Source: Schmidtea polychroa (taxonomy: Eukaryota). Taken from it: a stretch of 64,000 nt of DNA. The notes below the pieces were generated by a model, which had not been told where the DNA came from, did not search any database, and worked only from the letters and a program-made list of their open reading frames with translations. The stretch lies in the NCBI GenBank assembly GCA_044892525.1, contig CM097885.1:6882001-6946000 (forward strand), read 5' to 3'. Positions 42,919 to 57,887 of this stretch are shown piece by piece. Numbering within the stretch: position 1 is the first letter of the stretch; every line of letters begins with the position of its first letter. A program made the translations under genes and the position numbers.

Positions 42919-45900
42919 TAGTGGCCTGCCGAACTTCGATTTGAACTTCGATTCGGACCAAAGTTCAAACACTTCGGAAACTTCGGACTTCGGCAATAGA
43001 CCCTGTACGATCCAAATAGTGAAATTTTGCTTGAGCGATAATAAATTATTATTGTTCCGTGATTATTTACATTAAAATTAATGGCGACACCCAAACAATG
43101 AAAGTAAATAAAATCTTAGTTGTTGTTGTTCATTTTTCTTTACTATCGATTTTCCTTTCTACGGCTATGTCATACGAACACTGACAAGTCTAGCCTAGCC
43201 GTGGCTGTGTCGCTGTGTACACAATAGCCGTTCATGTTCATGCATCTCTATTCTCTACACTATAGCAGCCCTATACGTCAATCTCTGACTATTCTTAGCA
43301 TAATCTCGATTGATTCGAGCCACGATATCGGGGGGCAGGCGCTTGAATAGGCATGGCTTGCGAGGCTGAGGCTACTGTAATACCACAATCAATTACCGAT
43401 CGCAATCTAATAGGCCTAATAATAATTTTACTCTGTACGAAATTTATTGCTTGGGCACTATTAGACTTGACTACTGTCAAGAGAGAAATACCACATAATC
43501 TACACATTTAAATTAATGTTGAGCACATTTAAATTTATTATGTCATCTATCGTCTCTGTATGTTGACTCTTCAATCTTATTGCATGCCTGATGGAAGCAG
43601 CACAAGATGCCACGCGCGTGTATGCAGTTCAACCGAGTGCATATGTCAATGTCATGCACGATGATTTTCGTATACCGTACCTATCGACTTTATCGACAAT
43701 AATACTTATTATAAAATTATATAGAAATAATTGTGTCATTTTTCTGTCATAAAATTGTGTGTTTATTCATTAGGTAAAATATTAGACTGAGCAGAACTGC
43801 CAGTTGAGCATCCGATTCACTTTCCACATCATCACATGCGAAAATCTCCATAGCTCCATACCCCTCCCCAGTGTACATAATATATATAAAAGCCCATCAA
43901 ATTTGAAATCGAAAATTTTAAATATATTTCTTCAACAAAATTAATAAATTAGATTTAAATATTAAAAATAAATGAAATTAAATAAATATGGCTAATGCTA
44001 TGAGAAGTAAAATTTGGAATTTCTTTGAAATCAACGCTGTGGATGAATCTTTTGCTAACTGTGGGACATGTAGAATGAAAATGAAACGTGGCGGCAAGGA
44101 TCCAAGATCATACGGAACAACAACATTAATCAACCACCTACGTTCTAAACATCCGGACAAGTACAAAGAATATTCACAGGCGTGTGATTCTGCAAAGAAA
44201 CGACAAGCTGAAGAGGAAGAAAATCAACTCAATGCCGCAGCTAAGAAGCCAAAGCTACAAACTCTGGATGCATGTATTGAACGTACACGTCCATTTGAAT
44301 CGGGCCATCCTCGTCAGATCCTCATAACGAAACTAATTGGTGAGATGATAGCCTTGGATAGTCAGCCATTTTCGATTGTCAGTGACGAAGGATTCCAACG
44401 TGTTCTGCATCAATTGGTGCCCAGATACGTCATTCCAGACGAGACTTATTTCTCAAGAACAATCATACCGGACATGTTTGCTGCAGTGAAGTCGAAAGTC
44501 AAGAATCTCATCGGAGATGCTAAACTTCTGTGCTTCACGAGTGATGTGTGGACAACCACCAACAGCCTAAATGGATTCCTCTCTTTGACAGCACACTGGA
44601 TCGACAACAATTGGGAACGCAAATTTGTGGTGCTGGCACTTCGAGGAATCAACGGACATCACACCGGTAAGCTGATTGGAGATACCATATTGGAATTGTT
44701 GAATGAATGGGACATTGATGCAGGCAGACGTGGAACCTTCGTTCGCGATAACGGGTCAAGCATGATGAAGGCCGCTAGTGTTGCAGGCTTATCAGATCTA
44801 GGCTGCTACATACACACGATTCAGTTAGTTGGGTGCAGGATTAAAGAAGACGCAAAAGGCTGTCATTGATGCAGTTGCAGCTTCCCGCAACATTGTAACC
44901 CACTTCCGGCATTCACCATTAGCCAATGATCGACTGGAAGAGATTCAAAATTCTTTTCAGCCGGATGCTGCCGGAAACCCATATCCCGTCCACCGCCTGA
45001 TACAAGATGTACAGACAAGGAGGAACTCCACGTTTTATATGTTGGAACGTTTGATCGAACAGAGAAAAGCAATAGCTCTCTATCTCCAAGACAACGAAGT
45101 CACCAATCTGACAAACAATCAGTGGAAATTAATCGAAAGGGTCGTGTCGACATTGCGTCCATTTGAAGAGGAAACGCGGAATGCTAGTTTGTCAACTGCA
45201 ACAAGTGGAATGATTATTCCAAGTGTGCGTGTACTTCAGGCAGTTTTGACGAGACCAGCAAAGGAGGGTGACGACCTCTGCATTCAAACAATGCGTGCTG
45301 AAATGCTTGCGGATCTCAGCCGCAGGTATGCTAACGTTGAAAATATCTACTGCTTTGGATCTAGTGTACAAGCTTCGTCTCTTTAACGCGAATGCAATGA
45401 ATGCTGTATCGTCGACGGACAACTCGCGTGATGAAGTGCCAGCAGGCCCAACACCTTCCACATCATCTTCATCAGCCACATCTGCTTTGGATAGCTACTA
45501 CGACGACATGCTTGGAGCTACACAATCCAACTTTACAGATTCCGGTAATCTCCAACAACAGCTCGATGCATATTTAACGGAAGCGTGCAACCAACGACAC
45601 TCACCTCCAAAAGATCCAATAGAATATTGGAAATCAAGGCAATACACATATCCTCAACTTGCACTGGTCGCCAAACAATTCTGTGCTTCTCCTCCTTCCA
45701 GCGTGGATAGTGAAAGAACCTTCAGTTTGGCTGGTCTTATATGCGATGACCGTCGATCAAAGTTAACACCAGCAAAAACTGAGATGCTTCTATTTTTAAT
45801 GAAAAATCTCGATGTGGTCCGTTTTGACTACTAATAAACTAATGAATTCTATTAACTCATCGGACAAGATGTATATATTTATATAAACACATGTATTTTT

Positions 45901-46307
45901 TTATTTTTTCGTTTCACGTTACTTTGCTTGTTGCTAACAGATCTATGTTATATAATTTACATCCATGTTTCAAAAGACAACAAAATGAACACTTCTCAAT
46001 ATCTTGTATTATCACCCATTGTATAATTTTTTTAGTTTTATTGATATGATTCATTTTATTAATTATTAATAAAAATAATATCAAAATTATCAATAATGTT
46101 ACATTTTTTAAATAACTGTTGATAATAAAAGGTAGTTATTACAATTTATTATAATTTTGGTTAGCGTTGATTCCTTTCTTGGTATAATATGCGTCTTGAA
46201 TCGCCGTAGGTCATTGCAGTAGGTACAGGTCCGTAAATTATTTTCGCGCACCAGACATTTGATTCGACTTCGGACTTCGGCAAAAAAGTCACTTCGGCAG
46301 GCCCCTG
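42919..46307 (+). mobile_element. hAT DNA transposon, about 3.4 kb, decayed
   Basis: TIRs TAGTGGCCTGCCGAA and TTCGGCAGGCCCCTG (13/15), with subterminal ACTTCG(G/A) repeats at both ends. No 8-bp TSD retained. Confidence 0.8.
43988..45834 (+). pseudogene. BED-finger hAT transposase with two frameshifts (near 44830 and 45350-45390)
   Basis: IWNFF...CGTC...TTTLINHLRSKH (BED), TSDVWT, RDNGSSM, CYIH, and PPSSVDSERTFSLAG (dimerisation domain), spread over three overlapping ORFs. Confidence 0.92.
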
Positions 46308-49300
46308 CTTTTGATCCTGATTTTTCTAGAATTGACGAGCTGTTTTGTTAAATAACTTGCAGCAAAAACAAAAAACCGTATATTTTATAGTTGAATATAT
46401 CAACTGTGAACGGTATACTTCTTCACCATTGGCTAGTTTTCCCTTATAGTGAATTGGAGAAAATCTTCGATTTTTGGAATCTTTTGGAAAATTATGTGTA
46501 ATAATTTGATTTGTTGAATTTTGTAATAAAATCTGACGAAAATTATCATTACAATAGTCAGCCCAGTTTTATGGGTCATTGTAATCTACATAATTAATCC
46601 TGGCACTGGTACTGGATTTAATTTCATGTGAACTTTCGGTTTGCATCAAAATATCAAACTATGAAACACCTTCTCTTTTATTTTCTTCTTTTTATGAAAT
46701 ACCTTCATCCGCGTGATCTGACATATTTTGTTGTACATCTGATTGTCCTACACATCTATCCAAGTCGCTGTTGGCTGAAACATCAAGACTTGATTTGAAA
46801 CACTTTAACAGTCAACCACTTTCATTCGCACGCTCTTCAGCTCTGAGAGTTTTGCGCTTACGAATTTGAAATCCGGATGGCTTTTTTGATGACATTTTAA
46901 AAGCACTAATGTCCCAATATAAATAATATTTAATTATTTTAATACAACAAATTAATATTTGCTATTAAACTTACCAGCAAAGAAGTGTTTAATGCTTTGT
47001 CGTATGAAGGATAACAAAATCAAATTTACTGCACGTAACTTCACTGACTCAATTATTTTTCTAATAATGCACAAAATTACACTTATCAGTAAACCTGTAA
47101 TTATCAATAAACTATAACTGTTGTGTGTTTACTGCGACTGTTTGTATTTCGCTGTGTGCGATACAAATTGTGATACACAAACAATAACGGTTCTCGGCAG
47201 AATTAAAAATCAAAATGGCTCAGAACGCCGCGTCATGCGCTGGAGCGATCTCTAAATCAACATTAAAATTAGTTTACCATCTGTAATGTTCGAAATTAAA
47301 AGGTTTATATTAAATACAATAATTATCTAATTATATTACCCTGTGCCTAATTAATAATTGCGATTACACATTTTATCACCCCTCTCTGGATAGCGCCCTA
47401 GGGACCGCCTAGTTTGCCTTAATAGTAGCGCCGGCTCTGCTCGACCAACTCCTGTGCCCGTGTGGATCCACCGACGCAACTCGATAACCTGCTGTGTCTG
47501 CTCTGGGATCGTGATCTTGCGATCACGAATGATTCCTTGCTCCTCCACTCGAGCCTTCTGCGCTTCCTAACCAAAACCTCGCTGTGTAGCGCGTCACGTC
47601 CTGGCGAAATTTACCCATTGAACCCATGCTGCACTTAATTCTTGTTTAAATGAACTTGAAACTCCAGCGATATTGATTTCATTGCCTGAGCACCAGCAGC
47701 AGATCTGACTATATCCGAATAACTAGATAAGTTATTCTAATCTCATATTTATTTTTAATCAGGAGAAATATCAAATTTATCATTGTTATAAACTTTAATT
47801 TATTTCTTAGCCAATTAAAAAAGCAAGATAAATATAACTAAATAAAACTTATCCAAATGTCATGAATCTAATCAATGTAACCATGACAGCTGCCATGTTG
47901 GTGCTGTATATTGTCATTGGGAGCAAGGAGGGAGGTGAGCTGCTGTCTTACACCTACTCGCCCCATCATGCTCTCTGCGGGTCCATTACTGCCGCTCCCC
48001 GTCTTGATCAATGATATCAGTGCGGTATGAATTGCAGCTTTGTTATAATTAATAAAGAGAAACGCGTGATTGATTAGCAAATATGTTCTATTTTCTATAA
48101 CAGCTGTTTTATTTGTTTGAATATTCAAATATTTAAATATTGAACATGATTTAAATGAAAATTCCCGCTTGGTCAAGTTGTTGCCCAGCCAAAACGAAAT
48201 CCGAAGTTTCAAGCGCGAAATACATCAAATGAAAAGCAGAAATTTCGATGCCTGCTTCGGTTGAGAATGAAATTTACCATTGGATTGATTTTGATAATGC
48301 ATCAGATAATTCCAATGTTCCTTTCAATGATTCTATTTTTAATTAATGTTATAAATGATGTTCTACTTATTGTGAATTGGGCTGATAATTGGGTTTTACT
48401 GGTTTCAGGAAATGATTTGCCCAATAAATAAGGTTTCTAGTAAACTAAATAATTCTAATCAACCTATAATAAAACAACAACAGAAAATTGAAGCGTGCAC
48501 TTTTAAACATTTTAATGAGTTTTTAATTTAATTAATTTAAAACATCGTATAACAGGCATTTACCAAATAAACAATTGACTTCATGTTACGCACAAAACAG
48601 GATGTACAGTAAGAACATATTCATAATATATTATGAAGAACAGCTAAACAACAATCGAATTTCGTTTGTAATGTCAATAATGTTAATTTCGTAACTAGAA
48701 ATTTATTGCATCTCATCACGTCCTTCTGACTGGCTGCACGTGCTAAACTTGTCATGATTTTTGTTTTTTATGGTCGGTCGGGCCCCACAGCACGGCTATA
48801 TCAGCTATCACAGTAGTTGCACCACTCATTCCTGATTGATGTTAACGCCGCTGCCTCCAAATATCATTCGTCTATATTCACGATCAATATCTAACTCACT
48901 CTCTTCTAGTCTAAACTCTTTCTTGGCATATATTTTCTGCGTCTCAGTGAACAATTCCTGGGTTTCATAGTGTCATACGATTCTATCTCAACTCACTCTG
49001 AAATTCAAAACTAAATTTTAGTTTCATTTTTATATCATTAAAAAACAAAATTCGGAATTTTTGGTCATGATATGAGTTCGTTTCGTAACCTAAATGTTTC
49101 ACTTCTCTCAATGCCTGTGACCTGCTCTAGTGAAAATTATTAATTGTATGAATTCAAGGAAGTAAAATGTAAAAATTAAAGAAATTTGCATATCGATTTA
49201 CCAAACATAAATATAAAATCCATAAATAAAATCCTTACTGTTGGATGCGCATGAATGAATCTCGTGTTTTTCTTTAATTGATCTCTTAGATTCTGGTGGT

Positions 49301-50427
49301 TATTAATTATGGTTTGTTGGATTGTTTACTTAACTTATAAATGACATTTGGGCACATTTCATTTTGTAGTCAAAATCTTTTTAAAAATTTGCTATTAAAA
49401 AATTCTTATCAAAAACATTTTCAATAACAATATTGATTTAAATAATTTTCTTGGATTTAAAAAAAAATATTAATGTTATTTTTTTACAAAATTTTGGAAA
49501 TTAAGTTACAAATAAATTCGAAAAACACTGAAAAATTAACATTAAAAAACCAATATTTATAAAATATCTGTTTATCTATAAAAACATTTTAAATATAGAA
49601 ATTTCAAAATTAAGAGGAAATAATTATTATTTATAATTATGATTTATGAATGTTTTAATAATTTATTTATTTTCACAAATATTGATTTGAAACATTCGAG
49701 TCTGACAAAATATTTCGACTTTTAACATTTTCACATATTAGGTTTATTGATTTATTTATTTTACTCTATTCTAACTTTTCGATCATTGAAATATCCTTAT
49801 CCAATTGTGGATCATTCCCAATATTTATAACCATAACGAGATCATTAGATCAAAGGCTAAAACCCCACAATTCCTGAATACATTATTAACCTGCTTAGCG
49901 TTACAGAGTAAAATTTTATTCATATCATTTTTTTTAAAAATTGAATGAAAATTTTTTGTTATTTTGTTAAAAAGTATTTGAATTAAAAATATTGATTTTT
50001 TGTTAAATTTCTATTTTTGCTCTGATGATTTTGAATTTCTTTCTAATCTGTTCAAATAAATTCTAAATTTAGATAAAATTTTTTAAATTTTTATGAAAAA
50101 TATTAATTTTTATATTTTGACCTATTTTTAATTTTGATTTTCTCTTTAAAAAAGTTATTTAAATTTCCATCAAAATTTTACTTTTTGTTATCAAATTTTA
50201 ATTTAAATAATTTTGTAAGATTTAAAATAAAAAAACAATGAAAATTAACATTAATAAAATTTCGAATTACACTCAAAGCTAAAATACAATATTTATAAAT
50301 TGTTTGTTTATCTACATTAAAATACAAATTATAAATATTGAAATTGTAAACGTCAGAAATAATTAATATAATAAGTATAATTTGTGAAAATTGTAAAATG
50401 TTGAAAATTTTGTTTATTTTAGATAAA

Positions 50428-51923
50428 ATGTTTTCAAGCGTATGGGAAATGATGAAGAGAAATAAATTTGAATTTGATAATGAAATCAGCAATGATTTGA
50501 TGTGCAGAATTTGCAAATGTTTAATGATAAAAGCTTGCCAAGCTCCTTGCGGGTGTCACTTTTGTTCTGATTGCATTGAGCATTATTTGGAAGGAAAAGA
50601 TAAATTCTGTCCAGGAGCAGCAAAATATTGTGAAGTTCTAACGATTCTTTTCACTAAAGATGTTTCTGTGGATCATTCAGTGAATTTAAAAATATCTGAA
50701 GTTATTGTAAAATGTCCAATGCAAAATTGTGAATTCAAAACCGAGTTGTGCATGATGGAGAGCCATATGAGAACATGCAACAAGCAGCCAATCAGATGCC
50801 CATTCAATAGAATTGGATGTGAAATGAATGAGGTGGTAAAAGACAAATTGAAAGCCCATCTCAATGAGAACAATGAAGGCCACAGCAAATTATTGATTGA
50901 TCAGATCAGTAATTTATGCAATGAGATGCAAGCAATGAGAGATGAGAATATGAAATTGCGTAACGAAATTATCGAATTGAAAGGAGAAATGACGCAATTC
51001 AAACAACAATTTGATAATATCAATGTATATTTTATTTGTAATTGATTTAATTGATATTTATGATTGTAGGTGAAATTGTGCAATATTGAAAGGAAAGAGG
51101 TGGAGAACAGAGAGGAAATAGAAGAATTGAATGAGGAAATGGTTGCAGTGAAGAATGAGAATCGCTCATTGAGAATGGAGATGGAGACAAATATTGGATC
51201 AATCAATCAAGTTTGATTATTGATTTGATTTGTTATTGAATTTTCATTGATGCAAAGCAGATCAGACAGCAAATTGAGGTTATTGAATCAAGATATCAAC
51301 AGCAAATTGATGAAATGAAAGAGAAATGCGACCAGCAGCTGCAACAGAAGAATGAAAAGGTGATTTATTGATTTACTGAAATGTTTGAATTTGAGATTCA
51401 GTTGCAGCTTGAAATGGCGAAATGCGCCAATGATATTCGGCCCATTAAAAGAAAATTACCAAATAAAAAATATATAAATTATGGATTTTTTGAATGGCAA
51501 ATCGATAAATTATCACAACAAAAGGAAGATGAATCGATTTACAGCGAGGCATTTTATTCCGGGCCAATCGGTTACAAAATGTGCTTGGCGGTGTGGATTT
51601 GGGGTAATTTGTGTATTTCAGCTGGTTTCTGTTTCATGCGTGGGGTAAATGATGAGCAATTGGATTGGCCGTTCAAACAATTGGTGACAATCGATGTGAT
51701 CGATCCAGCAAATGGCAGCATTTATATGAGCAAGTCAATGACATTTATGAGCAAGTCAATGACATTTATGAGCAAGCCAATGACATTTATGAGCAAGCGT
51801 AATGGATGGAGGAAACCGTCAAATGACAGAAATATTCCAATTTGGATTTATTTTGGTGATTACTCAATCAATAAATTAGCAGCCAAAAGTGATAAATTGC
51901 TGCTCAGGTGCAGAATTGAATAA
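50428..51923 (+). CDS. Host TRAF-like gene with three short introns (51025-51069, 51211-51257/51260, 51360-51401/51407)
   Basis: RING CRICKCLMIKACQAPCGCHFCSDC, TRAF zinc finger, coiled coil and MATH (FFEWQI...SEAFYSGPIGYKMCL...MRGVNDEQLDWPF). GT-AG introns join the exons in frame. Confidence 0.85.
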
Positions 51924-52894
51924 TTACGAGAAAATTACAAAAAACATTTCAATAAAAATTGATTTATTTTGGATTTTATCAGATTTATTATTTGCCTTGT
52001 GCTGGTGGATCAATTTGTCTGGATCAGTTATTGATGCATTTGCCCAATTATAAACTGATTGCAACATTATTGATGCTGTGGATCAGCTGTAACCGCATTT
52101 AATGCTGATTGGATCAAATCGGATCAGCATTTAATGAGCTCTGTGCAGATCCATTTATTGAGCTGTTTTGAATCAAATTTTATTGTTGCTCGTGATTTTG
52201 AATTGAAATATTTTGAAATTTTTACTTTTTCATTTTATATTCAAAATATTTATTTTCTATTTGGAAACATTTTTAATTTTTATTTTCTTTCCGATAAGTG
52301 AAATTTTTGCATTTTAATTTCCCCTCAATTGTTACGCTGCTTTGTTTACAAATTGAGATTTCAATTGCTATTTTATATTTCTCAACCAATTTCCCTCAAA
52401 TATCAATAATATCGGAATTGCCGCCACCAATAAATGAGAAAATCAATGAAAATTAGCATTATATTGATATGAAATTGAATTATTTATTGAACAGCTGTCA
52501 TTATGAGCATGCAACACACATCATCAGGGGATCTCACAATTGCTGTCATTATCTGATCTATTATATCAATGCGGATCAGATATTATGGCAGCCATGTTAG
52601 ATTTCTATCAGATCATTTATTTGAATTTATTATAATAATATTGCAACTGAGCATTTCTTATAATTGATGGTGAAAATGCATTTGATAGAATCCCTTGAAG
52701 GCCAGCCAAATTATCATTATCATTATCATGTTGCTGGGCTCAAGGCGGCAACCAAATTTACACCTTTAGGAGTTCCTTGAAATCTCCATCACATTCCCAA
52801 CAATAATATCCATAGAAACATTGAACATTTCAACATCAAAGCCTTCTGTAGAGTCACAAAATCTCTCATTTTCATTGAGTTTATCAAATATTTG

Positions 52895-54925
52895 AACGCT
52901 TTCATTTTACATTTCTTTATCTTTGTCTAATGTTCAAAATAAATGTTTTATTTAAATGTGTTTTTAGGAAAAGAATTTTAAATAATTTTATATTAAAATG
53001 AAATCTCAATAAAGCAAAGCGAAAGAATATGGCTTATATATATATATTTGGCTTTACATATGTTTTTTGTAATTTATGTTTATTTTTATACTAATATTTA
53101 TTTATTTTTATATTCAATTTTTTAATTAATATTTGTTTTTTTATCAAAATACGAAATAAATGCAATTTTGGTAGCATTTATGTAGCAATAATAAAATATT
53201 TATTTTACACCATTTCCAAATTAGATCTGTTATAAGCGGACAATTTCTACCTGACATTCATTTGACTGTCACTCTTTCATTTTACATTTCTTTATTTTTG
53301 TCTATTGTTAGTGGAATTTTAGATAATTTTGTTTAAATGAGATCTGAATAAAAGTAAATATTTGACTGTTTTGTGAGACCCCTTAAAGAATTTTGGTTTT
53401 TTCTGAACTAATTAATTTTTTTAAGTTTTTTTATAATTATTAATTAATAACGAAGTGCAAAATTGAGATTTTTTAAAAGATTTTATAGATTTTCAATATT
53501 TCCTAAGCTATTGATTTATTGATTTGCATTGCTGGTTCAAATTGTTGAAAATGAAATCTGTTTTTATACATTTTCTGCTTATTCTATTGGTTCAAAATAA
53601 TATTTGTTTAATTTGCTACATTTTCTATTTACCAAATAAAGCGAGCTTTTCTCAAATTTTCTAAAGGTTTTAGATTGGCTTTGCCTATTTTTACAGAATT
53701 TCAGTTTTCTAAGATATTTATTTGATGCAAATTTAAAATTTTTTAAAATTTTCACATAATTTTCACGTAAGCTATTTAACTGAAAATATTAAAATAATTT
53801 AATAGTAGATGGTTGTCACCGCTATATCATGTCACCGCTGGCTCACAAACCCCCACCTCCCGCCGGTGGTAAAAAAAACTTTTTAAACAAAAACATGATT
53901 CATCAAGGTCAACGCTTTCATTTTACATTTTTTTATGTTTGTCTAATGTCCAAAATAAATGTTTTATTTAAAAAGAATTTTATTCGTAAAAGAATTTTAA
54001 ATAATTTTATATTAAAATGAAATCTCAATAAAGCAAAGCGAAAGAATATGGCTTATATATATATAAATTTGCTTTACATATGTTTTTTGTAATTTATGTT
54101 TATTTTTATACTAATATTTATTTATTTTTACATTCAAATTTTTTAATTAATATTTGTTTTTATAACAAAATATGAAATAAATGCAATTTAGGCAGAATTT
54201 ATATAGCAATAATATTTTACACCATTTCCAAATTAGATCTGTTATAAGCGGACAATTTCTACCTGATGACATTCATTTGACTGTCACTCTTTCATTTTAC
54301 ATTTCTTTATTTTTGTCTATTGTTAGTAAATTTTAGATAATTTTGTTTAAATTAGATCTGAATAAAATTAAATATTTGACTGTTTTGTGAGACCCTTTAA
54401 AGAATTTTTGTTTTTTTTGAACTAATTAAATTTTTTAGATTTTTTTATAATTATTAATTAAATATTATTTTTAAATTGATATTTATTTATTTTCTATAAA
54501 ATTAAAATATTTTAATTAATATTTTTCCACTCAGGATTTTATTATTATAAAAACATCTTCATTGGCATTGAACTATAAATCTCCTTTAAATTACAATAGT
54601 AAAAATAGCCTATTAAAGCAATAAATTATCATAATTTAATCACAATGACTTACTCTAATGTAGAATCAATTTACAATAAAAAGACAAATTGTTTAATGCT
54701 TTATTATGATAACATTGAAGGGCTGCTATGAATAAACTCAAAATTTGGAAAGATTTTGTCAAAGAAATAACGAAGTGGAAAATTGAGATTTTTTAAAATA
54801 TTTTATAGATTTTCAATATTTTGATTTATTGATTTATTGATTTATTGATTTGCATTGCTGGTTCAAATTAAGATTTGTTTTATTTACTACATTTTCTATT
54901 TACCAAATAAAGCGAGCATTTCAAT
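52895..54925. repeat. Local duplication of AT-rich non-coding DNA (about 52895-53660 versus 53911-54460 plus 54769-54925)
   Basis: Shared runs such as AACGCTTTCATTTTACATTT, CTCAATAAAGCAAAGCGAAAGAATATGGC and TTAGATCTGTTATAAGCGGACAATTTCTACC. Confidence 0.85.
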
Positions 54926-55356
54926 AATAAAACGACATCTCAAATAGAACGTGCAGAACCAAAGTGGTCACAGCGAAAACTTATTGAACAGTCAGAATAG
55001 ACATTTATTGCGATATTCGAAGTTTTGTGAATTGTATATTTAACGAATTTTATACATAAATATGTTGTTTTGTTTGTCTAAATGTTTTTATAGAACACGT
55101 GCAGTCAGAAACAGCGACTTTAATATTTATTTAATTGAAAACTCAACAGATTAAATGAAATGGGACAGTTTTGTTGATATAAGAGTAAAGAGAAGTGTGC
55201 TCCATGACTCATTGGTAAACAAAGGCATCGATGACTCAACGGAGTGACTCATTACAAAATACTTATATTCAAATTTGAAAGGGTCAAATTATATATATGG
55301 TTATCATTCGGAAGTTCTTGAAGAGCGCTATAAAATAATTATACCCTGGAAGGTGT

Positions 55357-56760
55357 ATGGTTTGTCCTCAACCTTCAATAGGTCAAAAACCTTCGAATTT
55401 TTTGAAACCTTATAATATGTATATATCAAACAAAAGCTTATTCAAAGGTGAGTATTATGGGCATACTTTTGAAAGGTCCAAGGTCCAAATTTTAAAACCT
55501 AAAGTGTCCAACACAAATGGATCAACATCTGAAACAAGTTGGCGCCTTGCAAAGATCTTGAAACCATTATTTGACACGATACCACATCATTTTCAAAGCG
55601 GCGACTGCCTCATGACAAGATAAAATAATAACATAATTTCTCATAGAGAATTCAGATACCCATTCAGTCTTGATGTCGTATCACTATACACATCTATCGA
55701 TCCAAAAGATGCTATTCAATGTTTAGAAAAGAAATTTAAAAAAAATAAAAAAAAATAAGAGAAAGCAACTTGTTAATAAAGGATATGAATACCGAGAATA
55801 CTGAGCAAAATATCTATAAACAAGCTAAAGGTCTGCCTATGGGTTCTAGCATATCAGGATTGCTAGCAATCATCTTTATGGATAACCTCGAACGACAGAC
55901 ACTGAGTACCATACAACCCATCGGTTTCTATGCAAGATATGTTGATGATATCTTCATCACGACCAAAACCAGAAAAGAAGCGGAGGAAATATTTCATACA
56001 TTCAATGCGGCTCACCGAGATATTAAGTTCGAAATCGAATATCCGGAAGAAGATGGATTAATCAATCTACTGGATTTAAAAATTAAAATAGAAGTAGATA
56101 CTCCAGCATTCGGGTTTTACAGAAAATCAACTCGCAAAAAAATATTTATGCACCAAAGATCAGCGCTTCCATACTTAAAGAAAGTACACGTGCTATAAAA
56201 CGAGAAACAAAGGATACCCAATCGATGTACTGAAGAAAACTAAAACTATAATCAACAAATAAACTTCAATGAAATCCTATACAGAAACATATATCAAGGT
56301 AAGGACATTGAAAGAATGAATTCTACTCCAGAAATATCTAAGGAAATAACACACAAAATGAAAAAGAAATATTTTTATCTGAATATCCCATACATTAATT
56401 ACATACTCGACTTCAAGATCCTAAATGAACTGAAACGCACTAGCCTTCCAATTCGTATACCACATAAATCTTGGACATTGAGAAAAGCTCTTGAAAAGAA
56501 CACAAAAAAACAATTGCAAACGGAAAACTTTCAGACACCGAAAGATCTGTGCTTTCGAAAAAACATTGTCTATTGATTCACGTGCGATGTATAAAAGGAA
56601 ATATACATTGGAAGCCCGCTCAGGACCTTGTACCAAAGAGTTAAAGAACATCTAGATCCTTGTGGAAAATCCTCGGTATACAGATATCTCCAACAAAGTC
56701 AACCAAGAAATGAAAGAAAAAATAATTTAATCAAAATCTTAGCGGCTAAGACTTAGCCAA
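55357..56760 (+). mobile_element. Degraded Penelope-like retroelement (RT plus GIY-YIG endonuclease)
   Basis: SLDVVSLYTSI, YKQAKGLPMGSSISGLLAIIFM, RYVDDIF, LLDLKI, YRKST, YLNIPYI, NIVY*FTC...YIG...QRVKEH. Stops and frameshifts present. Confidence 0.85.
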
Positions 56761-57887
56761 TGGAAACATCACAAAAAATTTCAGATTTAAGGAAGCAATT
56801 CTCATAATAAACAGACGGCCAACTATCAACACTAAAGAAGAAATCATTGAAATCATCAGTTTGATTTGTTGTTACTTACCTTGAGAAAAGTTTTTAAAAA
56901 ATTAAATTAAAAATTAAAAATAATAATATAAAATAATATAGAAAAATAGATAAAATATAATTTTAGAAGATCATTAGTATTTAAAAATCAAAATAGAAAC
57001 ATTTTTTTAAATATTTAAATTCCGTATATAAATAGTTATTGGAAACTATATTTTATAAATATTTTAAGATAGTATTTATTAAATTAGGTTTCTACGAGCT
57101 AATTATAGAAGCTTTAAAAATTTAAAAATTTTTCCTTGTTAGTCGTTTTGAATTTTAAAGGATATTTAATTAAAACATCTTTAGAAATTTTATATGCTTG
57201 AGAAAAAAGTTTATTATTATTATTGACCAATGAGAAGTAAAAAAAAGGAAATAAAAATTAAAGAGCTTTTTTGAAAATAAAAGAAGCTAAAATCCATGAA
57301 ATTGAAAAGGACTATCTTATATTTGAAATTTTTTCATTTGTATTAAATATATTATTCGTAGCAAAGGGCTTAAATTATCATTTAATTGTTTAAATTTTAA
57401 TTAATGCTGCTACCAAGTAATCATCAATTTATAATTATCTCACTTGAATAAAATAAACAGTACAAGCTTTGTGATAACCAGTGCAAATCCCAACAGTAGA
57501 CTAGTTTAGAGCTTTTGGCTCTCATCAATACTATCAAGATTTCTCTTTGCGCCAGGTAAGTATACAATATTGCTGATTCAACTCTATTGCATACTTTCCC
57601 CGGTACACTGGAAATCACATCATTTGCAAATTAGCTTGGTCACAAAAAATCTGTAAACTTGTAAGCATGGCCTATGAAAAATCATAATCACCTCTGCGGA
57701 CTAAAAAATTAGTCGATACACAGAAACTGTTTACAAGTTCATCCGATTACTTTTAGCATTTTTAACTTATAAAATAATGTTGTAACATTTTTTGTCGGAT
57801 GTCTCACTTGAAACTTTAACGTCTCCTACATAGTACTGATGAGAGTCAAGAGCTCGAATTTCTACTATTGGGGTTTGCACTGGGTAT

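Noticed and set aside
47351-48960. Several exon-like minus-strand segments (KARVEEQGIIRDRK..., ELFTETQKIYAKKEF...)
   Set aside because: Could be a decayed or multi-exon host gene, but I could not assemble or identify it.
57474-57887. Imperfect inverted repeat of about 55 bp next to the second gap
   Set aside because: Diverged and truncated by the N run, so no element boundaries or TSD can be defined.
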